Translations under genes and position numbers: made by a program | From: Spongospora subterranea f. sp. subterranea | Lineage: Eukaryota | Length of the DNA: 64,000 nt | Direction of reading: 5' to 3' | Assembly (NCBI GenBank): GCA_049724395.1 | Contig: JAUGWO010000119.1 | Span: 1-64,000, forward strand | In this document: one piece after another, positions 11,891 to 24,939 of the stretch | How the letters are laid out: each line of letters opens with the position of its first letter | Numbering within the stretch: position 1 is the first letter of the stretch | The notes under the pieces: generated by a model | What the model was told of the DNA's origin: nothing | Databases searched by the model: none | Seen by the model: the letters and a program-made list of their open reading frames with translations, nothing else

Positions 11891-12959
11891 CTCGACCAAC
11901 ATCCGACCGCGTCCGTATTCTATTGCCGTTTGATCGCGGCCGCCGTCGCCGGCGACAAGAACCTGTTCGGCTCACTATCCGACATGCTGGATAGGCGCCT
12001 GAAGATGGAGGCGGTGGCGGTGCCGATTGTGACGCCATCCATTGACCTGTACGATAGTTCAGTGTTCCATGACGAGAGGCTGATCAAGAATCTATTCACG
12101 ATCGATACTGTGTCTTCGGCCTGTCAACATCCAGATCTGCTCTCACAATTACTTCATAAACCATTATTTGCTTAGCTGAGCATCCTACGTGCCTGTGCAG
12201 CAGAATTACCATGAATGGTTCTCTTGATATTTGTCATGACAGTTCGGTCAAAAGGTGCTCCCGTTTCTTGATTGATCCTCCACCCTACTGAATTATTATG
12301 AGTGCTGAGTATGAAGGATCCCGGCGCTCAAAGGGTGTTCAACGACTTAGTGAACTGGAACGGCCATCTGTCCCCTTTAGCTGCGGGGATCTTCCCCAAT
12401 AGCTTTTTAAACAATCAGAACTCATCATTTTCTCGACAAATGTGTCGTTGTTGAAGTCACAGTGTTTCCAACTGCCGATTGCATTCTACGACAGCTTTTG
12501 CTACAGAATACCCGAATACCTATTACGCCATTTCCCGTCTGAAATATCTAAAATAACAACTGAAAATAGAGACTCGACGAGTGGTGGAGCCGTGTGCTGC
12601 CACCGTGAAGGAATATGATAAATCACGTGTTCGCAAGCCTTGTGAAGGCATTTGCCTGAGGTCTTGATCGAATACTCCTCCTTCGATGATCAGGTTGAAC
12701 CCATCCCGCAAATCCGGTCGCACACGAGAATTCGATATTCTAGATCAAACAACTCGCCGCATAATTGTGATGGAGAATCACGACTGCCAGGAAAAATCTC
12801 GAGACTTCTTCAGGACGACGAGAATGGACCAACTACTCCTACGGCAGAATAGCGACGAGTTTACGAAAAATAAAACCGAGTTTCATTTGTAAACGGCCTG
12901 GGGTTCAGGACGCCGAACGAATTCTCGTTCAAATACCAGGATTATGAGCAAATTAAATG

Positions 12960-13450
12960 AAAACGTATCCGCTTTATTGCAATATACCCGCCCAAACGGG
13001 CAATGTGATTGAGTTTTTCCGGCTCCTTATGATCTCAACCTTCACTCACAATGTCCTTCCATTTGGCAAAGGGTGAAAAAGTCTCGATCAGCACAGTGTC
13101 GCGAAGTGGCGACCGGAATGACCCTGCGCTTTGAACAAAATACAGCGGCGGTTAAAAGAACCAATTACGAATTCAAAATTTTCCATCAGGTGCCCTGGGT
13201 GGTCGAATCGTAACGACCTCAAAACCGTGTAAATGCCGAAAAATCTAAGTTGAAGCATTCCACGACTATCTATTATCGCGATGTCGCTGCGAAACACTAT
13301 GAACCTTTTCTGCCACGATCTCTGCGATTGCTGCCTGAGACTCTTGATTGTAGGGTGAGAACTTGACGATAGTTTACCTGCTAAAAAGTTTTTTGCCGCT
13401 GTCCTATTTGGAAAATGCAGATACGCATACCCATGGTACATAGGTGTGAA
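12960..13450 (-). mobile_element. LINE ORF1-like remnant (RRM plus CCHC knuckles)
   Basis: HGYAYLHF RNP-like motif followed by degraded knuckles (RCILFKAQGHSGRH; LCQMEGHC). Confidence 0.4.
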
Positions 13451-13793
13451 TCGGATAATGTAGACTATAAAAAGCGTTGAACGCAGAGCGATAGTGAAGC
13501 GAAATGTTGCAACTGTGTCTATTAGCGTGGAACCAGTAAATGATGTCTCAGTTGGCTATGGCAAGTCTTGTTCAAGTGTGAAATCAATCGATCTCGGTCA
13601 GATAACAAGTCCGTAAATACGCAGAGTTCGCGAAATTGCGGACCACATATTGACAGTAGCCTGACAGGGAATATCCCACTTGGTCAATCTTACAAGGGTC
13701 CAATGAAGTCCGTGACTGTGACGAATGTTGGTACCAGTCTACCAGACAGCTTATAGACCGAGAGAACCACTTAACGTGAGCCAGAGATTAATC

Positions 13794-15126
13794 ATGTCGT
13801 CCAGAAGCGCGTCACCTTTGACAGCCGGAGCTGCCAATCCTCATCAGATCCTCTCGATCTCATTCAATCAAGACTATCAATGCGTATCGGTCGGATTGAC
13901 ATCTGGTTTTCGAATCTATAATGTGTCGCCATTCGCCGAGACGTTTCGGCGTGAGTTTACACCTCCTGGCGGCATTGGTTGCGTCGGTACGTCATAAGCA
14001 AGTGATTTGTTGAAGGCACTAATTTTCAGGTTTAGAAATGCTCTTTCGTTCAAATATTCTGGCGCTAATTGGTGGCGGGCGAAACCCTCGATATCCCCCA
14101 AATAAAGTCATGATTTGGGATGATCATCAAACTCGTTGTATCGGAGAGGTAATCATTCGATTCGGATTTGTGGTGCTGTTGATGGATCAACACTTAATTT
14201 TTAGCTGGGGTTTCGCACTGAGGTTCGCCGGGTTCGCCTGAGACGGGACAGAATTATCGTCGTCCTGGACAACAAAATTTACCTGTATAATTTCGCTGAT
14301 CTAAAGTTGTTGGGTATTGATAACGTTCGACTTGAGGTGATAATGAATCTGATTTTAATGGTGCGTTCACAGATCAGATCGAGACCGGCCCTAATCCCTT
14401 CGGATTATGTGGTTTATGTGCTGTCCCATCCAGTAATGTTCTTGTCTGTCCGGGTTTACAGCCAGGTCATGTTCGTGTCGAGCATTTCAACTTATCGAGT
14501 CGCCCAACGACCGTTATTGGGGCACACGAATCAGATTTAGCGGCAGTTGCTTTGAATGGGGACGGCACTCTGTTGGCCTCTGCATCTCGTAAAGGTGTGT
14601 TTTCGCCATTGAGGGCGGTGTTAGTGTATTTGGCGGCGATTTGACTGACACGAATCTTGTGAACTGGTAGGAACTCTTATTCGAATCTGGGATACAGGAA
14701 CAGGAAGATTACATGAACAGGTCAGACGAGGGTCTGATAGAGCCTCAATCACGTCAATGGCCTTTAATGCCGATTCGACATTTCTAGTCGCGGCGAGTGA
14801 TAAGGGGACTGTCCATATATTCTCCATCCCTCCTCTCGAATACTCCCATCGTTTCATCACCTCCATCAGCAATGCAGTCCGTTTTGCCCAGCTATTTTTC
14901 ATCGTCGTGGTCTCGTTCTCGCTTCCGTATTCCACCCGGCTCACCTGCAATTGTCGCCTTTGATTCCGTTCCCCACACAATTATGGTGGTGAGTATGACA
15001 GGAATAGCGTATAAAGCCCGATTTGATCCCGATCAATCGGGAATTTGCCAACAGATTTCGTGTGTTGATTTTATTGGGTCTGATACTACTCCAGATTCCA
15101 TCTCACATTCCAATAAACAAGTCTGA
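13794..15126 (+). CDS. ATG18: ATG18/WIPI (PROPPIN) WD40 protein, copy 1; 5 exons; one apparent +1 frameshift at ~14853
   Basis: [55 protein letters not shown]. Four GT-AG introns at the same positions as in copy 2. Confidence 0.9.
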
Positions 15127-17763
15127 TTTTCAATCAGTAGTTTTTCTGTTCCAATTTCTTTGTTTATATTGACCCTAGGAGCCGAGTCAATTGCTGACAC
15201 ATTAGACTACCAGACCCGGATATTAACAGTTTTTGTTTCGAATTTCTCGAAATACATCATGTGCAAAAATATTTTACAAACGCTGGTAATTTCTCCAAGG
15301 GACTGTCTCGCTTTCTCAAGAACATGATCAAGAAACAATGATTCAAGCCATCCAACTGTCCAACTGGAAAACTGTTACCGGGCATTGATGAACCCCGGTG
15401 GAGATCGATGACTGTGCTTAGCATCAGCGGAGCCTTTCATGTAATCTTCTTTCCTTCTGCTGAGCCGTATTGTTTACGATAACCTTCACGTGTGCCCCAC
15501 ATGCGATATGATGTAACATGTGTTCAAGGATCACGTTACCATGACATGGTATATCGAACGATTACACCTTAATGAACTCATTCTGGTTTTGGATTCAATG
15601 TTGAAGCTTGCAGATAAACAGTCTGATGCACCATTGATAGCGGGTTCCCTCCGTTGATTAACGGTTTGCGTGGTGATATGGTCTTCAAAGGTTGGTTTGA
15701 ACAGACGATCAATCAAGTTGTGAGTGTCTATCTATTCCTTCTCGATATCTCTTCTTTTTCATTCCCATCATTCACCTCCATAACTATTCTCTTTCATATT
15801 GAGCCTCATATTGCGCCCCATGCTACCTCTTAAAAAACTTTGAGCCAATCGCAGATGTTTTACAGAAATGATTTATCCGTATTCCTTATCTTGAAAGAAT
15901 TTTTGACAAAGACGACGATTGCTGGTGACCAGTTGGAACGCGGAAGCGGAACGGAGACCAAACGAAGAATTTTAATTGAGGTGGTGACCGAAAGGGAAAA
16001 TGGTGACGAGGATCACTTGACGCAACGAGGGATGTGGAATTGACATTGAGAGCCATATATTGGCAATGAAAATCAGGTCCAATTGAAGTGATCAATGGCA
16101 GTAAAATCGACACCAAGAAAAAGCAGAGGTCAATGAAGTTCCGGTAGGTAACTCGCCTCGCGATCTGATTCGTGGGTCCCGATAACGTTTGGACGACTCG
16201 ATAGAATGCGATCAAGATTTTGTGATGAGCACGCCAACCCATTGAAACTGCAGTTGGGGAGGTTTAGAATCAGTAGTCAGTATCCGGGTGTTCTGAATGA
16301 TTCGAGCGTTCAACTGTTCCAGTCGAATATGTTCATTTACACCGATCGCCGAGCAGCCTTGAGCAAGCATCTTCATGGCCGATGCCATCTTGTGGTAGAC
16401 AACCACAATTTGCAAGTATTTTGTCGGCCTCTGGCAGACAGCAAAGGTCATTGATGGAGAAGATATCAGTGGGCACTAATTCAAACGTTATATGACTTTC
16501 CGCACATTATAATCGAATTTATGGTAAGCCAAACATCGACAGAAACATCTTTTCATGGATGTAGTTGATTTCGAGATGTTTCCCGCATTGGTCCGGTTAA
16601 CCTACGATGAAGCTGCTAAAGTATCCACCACGCCATGATCGAGAATTAGCTGATCATTAGGGTCCGAACAATGTCAGTGCCCCCATTGCAGACTCTGATC
16701 AATCTGGTCAGCTAATCGTCAACTTATTCAACACAGCGACTTTCAAACTATTACAATGATCACCCATTTTTATTTGGCAATCGTAATACTACTATAGGTA
16801 TTGATTCCGCCAAGAAATGTCAGATAAATAAACGGAGCCGATGCGAATAAAATCCCTCTTGTCATCAAGCGATGCGAAAGAGGATATTCCAATCCCTGTT
16901 CGGTCGCCGGTGCGTCTTTAGCGAACGACACAAATGAACGAACTGGTGAGCTATACCCGAGCCGATAGGCCTTTTTGATCGCTATAATCCCATATGCAAT
17001 CGAGGCCAGTGAGGCAAGAATCGTGAATTGCTCCCTTTTCGGGTTGTCAATACAGGAAAGGGACCCTCGCCAAAAACGTGTCTTGATATTTTGGGGGCTG
17101 ATCAGGATCTTCTTTTCCTATACGGAAATTTGAGTTTTGTTTCGATAATTCCTTAATGAGCGACACGATATGAGACCATACTGTTCTGGGACTGATCTAT
17201 CCAATTGCTGATACGCCATCCCATCGCTTAACCAGGAATCGACTTCAGAGTTTCAAATTATGACTCTGTTCGCGAATTCGGCAGTCACTCAGATGAACGG
17301 TGTTCGGAGCTTTGATGAATCGGAGAACCATTGCCCCTTCCTTCGGAATGGACTTTCCTTATTTCGTTTGGCTCTAGAATTGTACAAGGGTCTAGGATCA
17401 CGTATAAATTTTGTAGTTTTGATGGTGTTTATGGATCATCATTAATTCGACGTGTTTTTATATATAATAAGGTTTCGCTTCAGCTTGATGATGTCACACT
17501 GAGATCGAAACGGAAACGATGTGAGATTGGGGATTCAATCGTCGCAGGTTGACACATGGCGTTGACAACGAAAGCATTGGAGGTAGAATACATCATTAAA
17601 CAGGATAAGGGTTACCAAGAAAACGACCTCGCCGTGATAATGAGAAAAATGGATGGGGTGCAAATACACATATGAGGGTCGGGCAGTTGATCGATCACCG
17701 CCTAATGATAGCCTTGATTGCTGGTTTACTTTGAGACTGTCACGTTTTTTATGAAGACTTTGA

Positions 17764-18735
17764 TCAAAATGAGTCCGTTGTCCAAAACACATTTCGATCA
17801 GGGTGGTTAAAGTATCGTTCCCAACTAACATCATCGCACCTAGGCATTGGACGATACATGAAACCGTGATCTTGTTCAATACAGACGCCCTGGTCCGACA
17901 ATTGTAAGTCCAATAGTATTGGCAATGGAAGGCGCAAATATTGCCCAGGGGTTGATACGGCCGATAGGAGTTGGATCGCCACATCGTAATCATTACCAGA
18001 CACGATCAGCTCCTCAATCTCGACTTGATCATCATCAATCTGATTGCCGAACACATATCCCAATAGCCTATCACCGAATACAGCTCGTACACGAATGGAT
18101 TCAACACGACGAAGGCGATTCACGACCCAGGTCTGGAAATAGGCCAAATCTCGGCAAACTGGCCCATTGTATTGCCGGCAGACTGTATCATACAGTGTCA
18201 TGGCATCATGGGCAATGGCGTTACTGGACAGGTCTAGCTCCACCATGGCGCCACAGGGGCCAGAAGTGGCGATGTTGGCAACAGGAGACCGGTTGGACAA
18301 CTGGAATCGGGCGTACTGATGAGGAATGGACCGGAAACCGTGTCCACCATAGAAGTCACCTAATTTGCTGAAATTGGTGTGGAATAGCGCCAGCGAACCG
18401 GCTTGAAGTGGTCCACTGATGGCAGCTGCGATCAGAGACGAAGCTAAACCGCGTTTGCGGTGCGAGGATTTCGTAGAAACTTCAGCCAGTCCGGACGTGA
18501 CGCGGATTGAGCTGTGAAAGTATTGTCGCCGGCGGAGCACGCGAAGGCCGGCGACGATGGAGCCGGTCTCGGTGATGACGACCAGAATGCTGGACAGGTT
18601 GGACAGCGATTCGGGGTCGTCGTAGATGTGCGATTCGAAATAGGAACGGGACGCTCGACTCTGAAACACCTCTAGACAATGGTCGACGAATGCCGGGATT
18701 TGGCCATGATCTAACGGGATCACCTTATAGTCCAT
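17764..18735 (-). CDS. GNAT-family N-acetyltransferase, Eis-like, intronless, 323 aa
   Basis: Acetyl-CoA motif A VSTKSSHRKRGLASSLI and motif B FYGGHGF in an uninterrupted ORF. Confidence 0.85.
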   Translation of the reverse strand: MDYKVIPLDHGQIPAFVDHCLEVFQSRASRSYFESHIYDDPESLSNLSSILVVITETGSIVAGLRVLRRRQYFHSSIRVTSGLAEVSTKSSHRKRGLASSLIAAAISGPLQAGSLALFHTNFSKLGDFYGGHGFRSIPHQYARFQLSNRSPVANIATSGPCGAMVELDLSSNAIAHDAMTLYDTVCRQYNGPVCRDLAYFQTWVVNRLRRVESIRVRAVFGDRLLGYVFGNQIDDDQVEIEELIVSGNDYDVAIQLLSAVSTPGQYLRLPLPILLDLQLSDQGVCIEQDHGFMYRPMPRCDDVSWERYFNHPDRNVFWTTDSF

Positions 18736-19049
18736 CTAATAAACTACAGTACTGGCAAAATAAATGGGCGATCGGAGAGTTGGCAAATTTTCAAAATATT
18801 TTGATTATCAAAAATTCAAAAGTTTAATTCATCGCAAACTGAAAAATCAAACAGATCGTTGAGAACTTCATCTCCAAAGTTCACATGGGAAATGCTAGTC
18901 GGATTTGCCGTATCGAATTTGTCGAAAAAATTCAATAATCCCGTGAGCAATGAATTGGAGAGCATGAAGCTTTTGTCAGGATAATTTGATGATCATGCGG
19001 GAGAGTCGACTTTCGGGTTTGCTTTTTTTTCAGACAATCAACGCAGGCA

Positions 19050-20640
19050 GTTTCTCCGTCCAAGGTAAACTCTAAACGATGCCCTTGAACAGCTTTCGGT
19101 TTTCGAAACATGACACTCCTGCGCTGTTGCCGAAATCGATTTTGGTTTGGTGAAAGTTGACGACGGCAGGAAAAAACCAGAAGCAATCACCGAAGAACAC
19201 AGCAAACATAACTCTAATTTAACTCACAAAAACGATGGACTACCAAACAGAGCCTGTAAACAACTCTCTGTGGCAGCAGGACAAAACAGATCATATTTTG
19301 TTAAAGTCAGATCGAAATTGGCGTCGACTAGTGCTGAGGACATCGAACCACGATCATCGTTTACGACTACAACGGTATTGCCCACTACGTCAGAAGATTT
19401 GTTTTTCCAAAAGGTCGATTGTGTCATCTTGAAAGATTGGGCAGTTTGTGATGAAGATGATGCCGGTCGTGGAGCCTGTATTCGACGATATGGTTGTTAG
19501 CGACGCCGGCTGCCTTTCGAAGGATCCGTTTGACGGCCATGATGTCGTGTCGCGATGGGTTCGACACAAATCGTGCAGCGTTGTGGACGGGCTGGGTGTT
19601 ATCCGGTCATGTACTGATGGCGAGATATCGTAGACAGCCCCGACTACATCACGAATGGAACACTCGGTAATCGGCTGGTCCAATCCAGGTTGTGCCACCT
19701 AGACGGATGCTGATTTAACGCGATGTGCCTGCGACATGCCGTACTTGTCGAATTGATGTAATGCCTGTTGAGATATAGTGATATATTCCTGAATAGTATC
19801 ACCGATATCGAGAGCAAAACCTCGCGAAACATCCTCATGGTAAACTCATCGGCGATATTCAATGCCTTTTAAGAGGGAAGGTCAATCAGTCCAGGGACGA
19901 TATCATCATCTCTTAAGTGGCTTACATCACCCGAATACTCAACAAATATCGCACGTTGAATGCAGATCCAGTTCAAACGGCGACCGTTAAGGTGGCACAA
20001 CCTCCGCAGGACCAGCCGATCACCGAGTTCCCATTTCGTGAGGATTCGCCATCCGGTACAATCAATTGGGTCGGTTTTCTTCGGCAATTGGAATCAAATG
20101 CCCAAATAATGGTTACGTCTGCAAATTGACAGTTCCGTCAAGTCGTTGCCGTCGGCCGGCAATGGCGTAATGGCACCCTGTTCAATCCTGGATTTGCTGG
20201 AAATCACTCTCGCGATTGCTGAACTACCCGTCATCTGGTGTAATCCTGTTTGCGGCGATACACTCAAAAGGGGCTGAGCATTTCTGATCCCAGATTGACG
20301 ATCGTTCATGTGCAAAGGCCTCCGCTCAAACTTTGAATTTTCATGGGGCGTTCAGGGAGCCTGGCGAGCGGGGCGTAAATAACTCTGTGGTATTGTGACA
20401 TGTATTCTTTTCTTGCCATGTATGCACCAGTAATCAGCACGTTTGACGAGACCATCACGCAGCACGTCGGTAGCGACACGATAATTCCTGGCTGAAATCC
20501 CATTGCATTCCATGCCACATCTGCCATATGTTGTTCTTCAGGTCTCCGACGCTCTCGATCGGTCACATTTGAGTTTATATGGTGTTTCCAATCGGCGACC
20601 TGATTAAGCATCGACTACGGCCGATCGTAAGTTCATTATT
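19050..20640. mobile_element. Scrambled Ty1/copia RT relic with an internal inverted duplication
   Basis: VFDDMVV resembles YVDDM. AYITRILNKY...PVQT...FPFRE resembles the copia RT C-terminus. 19650-19760 is an inverted copy of ~19935-20040. Confidence 0.65.
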
Positions 20641-20677
20641 ACTTTTTGATCAATTCTAACAGTGTCTCTTTGTTTCA

Positions 20678-21976
20678 ATGTCGTCGTCCAGTTCAACCAT
20701 TATCGATCGTGAGGAGATTCTGTATTTATCGTTCAATCAGGATTGCCAATGTGTTTCTGTTGGGACAAATAGCGGATTTCGGATATACAATGTGTCGCCA
20801 TTCTCTGAGAATTTTCGGCGCGAGTTTGTTTTCCCGGGCGGTATTGGTTGTGTTGGTCTGTAAAATATGCTGATATCGTCAAATCCCCATAATCTGATGT
20901 GCTCTTGCAGAGATGCTCTTTCGTTCGAATATTCTTGCGCTTGTTGGTGGCGGACGAAACCCGCGATATCCTCCAAGTAAAGTCATGATATGGGATGATC
21001 ATCAAACCCGTTGTATTGGAGAAGTAATTGCACCATATGGATTGTGCCTGTTGTTGATGGATTAACAATCAAGATTCAGTTGGGGTTTCGCACTGATGTT
21101 CGCCAGGTTCGCCTGAAACAGGACCGAGTTATTGTCGTCCTGGATAGTAGAGTCTTTCTATATAATTTCGCTGATTTGAAGCTATTAGGTAATGATGATG
21201 AACGAGAGGAAGTCGAATGTGAATCTGACTATAATGTGTTTGTTTACAGATCAGATCGAAACTGGCCCTAATCCCCTCGGATTATGTGGATTATGTGCTG
21301 TCCCTGCGAGCAATGTTCTTGTTTGTCCAGGATTACAGCCAGGTCATGTTCGGATCGAGAACTATCATTTATCGAGCCGCCCAACGACCGTTATTGGGGC
21401 ACACGAATCAGACCTGGGAGCGGTTGCTTTAAATGGGGACGGCACTCTATTGGCCTCTGCATCGGGCAAAGGTGTGTTTGGGCCGTTTAGGGCGGTTGTC
21501 GCGTGTTTGCGAGGGACTTGACTGACACCGGTTATGATTTGTTAGGAACTCTAATCAGGATTTGGGATACAGGAACAGGGACCTTACATAAACAGGTTCG
21601 AAGAGGATCTGATAGAGCCTCAATCACGTCAATGGCCTTTAATGCCGATTCGACATTTCTGGTCGTGTCCAGTGATAAAAGGACCGTCCATATATTCTCC
21701 ATTCCTCCTCTCCTGTATCCCCATCGATCACCGTCGCCATCCTTGATCAGTGCCGTACTGCCCCACTACTTGTCGTCGTCGTGGTCTGATTTCCGCTTCC
21801 GTATTCCACGCGGATCACAAGCAATCGTCGCCTTTGATTCCGATCCCCACACGATCATCGTGGTGAGCATGACGGGGATTGCCTATAGAGCGCGATTCAA
21901 TCCCGATCGATTGGGAATTTGCCAACTGATCTCGTCCGTTGACTTGATGGGATTTGATACATCTCAAGAACCCTGA
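20678..21976 (+). CDS. ATG18: ATG18/WIPI (PROPPIN) WD40 protein, copy 2; 5 exons; apparently intact
   Basis: Same motifs and intron positions as copy 1. The spliced frame is open to the stop at 21976. Confidence 0.92.
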
Positions 21977-22549
21977 TCACATATCGATAAACAAGTCTAA
22001 TCCACACTTATTACTCATCCTTCAACGTAAACTTCCACAAAGAAAATCAGGAGCGGCTCGTTTTCCAAAGTACTGAAACGGTTTGTGAACTGACACCAAA
22101 GTGTCAACTTTTCAACTACATTTCGATCAATTCTGAAATTACGGGGAGGTCATCACCAGCGGAGCCTGTTTTACGATAACCTCTGTGGTGTTGTTGTGTT
22201 ACTGCTTAGCAAAAAGTGATTGGAGTTCGTTACTACCTCTACCTACTGTGTGTCCGACATCGCTTTGTAACAACACCGTTCATTGTTCGACTGGGATTAG
22301 ACTGTAACTTTCACATGTGCCCCACATTCGATACGATGTAACATTGATTCATTGCGATTTTGTGATATGTTACTATCACTGGGTATATCGGACGATGATA
22401 TCATCATCAAATTCATTATGATTTTGGATGGATTGCTAAAGCTTACAGATAAACTATCGACTCGCCGTTGGTAGCGACTGTTCGACTATTAGCTATCAAG
22501 AATCAGCATGAACATTACTACGGTACAGTACAATTGCTGATTTTCCTCT

Positions 22550-22945
22550 GATGTGCTCAGGTATTATTCCCGTCCCTATATCCCAAATCCTGATCAGAGT
22601 TCCTACCATTGCACATCATGGGTATCAGTCGGATCGCAGCCAAACATACTAAAACCGCCCTAAACAGCCCAAACATACCTTTCAAGAGAAAGCAGAGGCC
22701 AAATAGAGTTCCGTCTACATTGAAGGCAACGGCCCCAGATCTGGTTCGTGAGCCCCAATTACTGTCATGGGGCAATAAAAAAGATTTACAGTGCTGGACA
22801 CGAGCAAGACCTGCCTGTAACCCCGGACAGAGAGAACTGGACGAAATCTGATCCGGATTTGGGACACAAGAACAGGAACATTACATGAACAGGTCAGACG
22901 AGGGTCAGATCGAGCCTCAACTACGTCTATCGCCTTTAATGCAGA
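22550..22945. pseudogene. ATG18: ATG18 fragment (copy 3): inverted exon4-intron4-exon5 piece joined to a forward exon 5 piece
   Basis: Minus strand gives TVIGAHEPDLG...AVAFNVDGTL plus intron 4. Plus strand 22848-22945 gives the IRIWD...[10 protein letters not shown] region. Confidence 0.85.
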
Positions 22946-23341
22946 AGAGCAGCTTGTTATATTCACACTGAAAGAATCAGTGAGCAACATGCTCGGAAAA
23001 TGGAAGTATCTCGTCGCTCATTTTTGAGGAGTTTCTTTAAATTTAGGGACTGGAAACCAGTGTAGTTAAATGACGATGCAAATTTCAATAAAGCTCGACA
23101 CTGATTTGCAGACCTATATATGCAGTATATCAACTACATTGACGAGCATACAGATTGTAATTTTTTCCCAATTTTGAAGAAGAGCACACAGATATGAAAA
23201 CTGTATTCGAGCAAAGGTCAGCAAAAATGCAATCACTCAAGTGCTCTGATTCTAGAGCGTTTTGTTCTTGACAGACGGGAAACTCGGTACGGTCATTGAG
23301 AAAGGATTTATGCGAAACGATGAATTCAACGGGAAGAACTT

Positions 23342-23411
23342 TCTGACGTTAACAACCTCATAATGATGAAAAACGTTTTTGTCAAACATTTATGAGGTTG
23401 TTAACATCAGA
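23342..23411. repeat. Short inverted repeat/hairpin (22-bp stem, one mismatch)
   Basis: tctgacgttaacaacctcataa ... ttatgaggttgttaacatcaga. Confidence 0.8.
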
Positions 23412-23559
23412 TGCAATTCAAGACATCCACGTTCCGGCAGAGTTTCTCCAATTGGTTAACTTGTGCAAGCGATATTCCCAAGTGACCACCGCAAGCTTCG
23501 CTGCACAGCCGACTCTACCAACGCGCGAAGGTCGCTCCTGAGCTACGGCCTCCACTAGG

Positions 23560-24920
23560 TACTGTAGTCTTTTGAACACCCCCAGTGATTTTGATCCAGT
23601 GTTTCTGTTGTGTACATACAAAACTGACTGGATTAAAAGACTGGCACGCACTTTTTGATCCAGTCAATTCTGTAGGCCTGTAGAATATTTCGGAATTTGA
23701 TGATCAACATTTGTTGCCATCCTGTTCCGCCCATTGTTTCTTCAGGTCTTCAATGACGTCCACTGGTATTCGACGATGTGACTTGTATTGTTTGCAAGCG
23801 AAAGCAGCTACTCGATCTTTGAGACCATTCTTGTAGGCGTCTCCAAAGCGAATTGTCAGCCGAAACCATTTGCGAACAAGGGCTAATGGAAATTTATCCA
23901 GTATCTGTTGCACCCTTTTCCGTAAGCTGGGAAACGAATAATCGCATGTTCGCGACAAAGCAACTTCCGTCTTCCCCATGCCATCTCTATTGGGTTGAAT
24001 TCACAGTGGAATTTTGACAGGAATGTACATAGATTTCCACGTCCTACAAAAAGTTGTTCAAGAGCGGATTTTTAGGATAAAAAATCTGCTTCCATCTCCA
24101 AAATTTTGCAGTCTTTACAAATACCATGCATTTGCCATGTTCTGGGAGAAGCCCTCGTTCTTGTACAGCATGCAACGTTCCTTTTGCCTGTCCCGCAAAA
24201 TGGGGATGGTCGTTCAGGAAGACCATTGATTGTGGAACAGGAGTTGGGTCAATCTGATTTCGCTAAATGTTCCGATGTGCCTGTGAGAATTTGCTGATGA
24301 CATTTCTCAATACCCCTGAGCCATAACGCTTAAGTATTAGTGTTTGGGATTCTTTTGAACTTGAAAATATCTTGCCGAATAGCTGCAGATATATCGTTAT
24401 CGTGAGAAGTTGACTGCGACTGATATACCGAAAATGGTACTCCATTGCTTTCGGATTCGCTATAGGTGGAAAAAACAGTGTCATCGAATACATCGACTCC
24501 TGTCGCAGATATCTGACTGTTCTGCTCGTTATCATCGAGATTTAGCCGGCGTGCTGGTTTGAAGTACTCGAAAATCGAGTGATTCAAGGAAATATTCTTT
24601 TGCAGCTCAGCTTCTGATCTGCGAACTGAACGCTCAGTGTTTCCTGTGTATCTCTTTTTCAAAACAGTTTAACCCAAGGGCCGAGCCACTTCTTCATGCT
24701 CATTTCCCTGGTCTGTTTCATCGCTAATTTCGCTCAAACTGCTTTGGCCGCTACCCTGACTTGCACAGAAATGGAAATCTGAACTGCAAAGATCTTCAAC
24801 GAGGTCCAGTGATTCATGTTCTGGTTTTTTTGCGACAAGCAAGTTTTCTTGTCGTCGTCTTGCAGCCGCTGCAGCAGCAGTACGTTTCCGACTTCGTAAG
24901 CGGGGCATCACAAGCAAACC
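23560..24920 (-). mobile_element. IS630/Tc1/mariner-superfamily DDE DNA transposon relic
   Basis: KFHCEFNPIEMAWG, CDYSFPSL, CKQYKSHRRIP and MVF...GQAKG...QERGL motifs. Repeated ttttgatccagt subterminal motifs at 23589-23665. Confidence 0.8.
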
Positions 24921-24939
24921 GTACTCGTTTACATGTTCT

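Noticed and set aside
11880..12420. Plus-strand coding-like fragment (LDQHPTASVFYCRL...)
   Set aside because: It has stops and no identifiable domain.
15250..17550. Possible transposase relic (HIACGAH CxxH-like motif in the shared ATG18 flank)
   Set aside because: Only isolated weak motifs; the superfamily cannot be assigned without a profile search.
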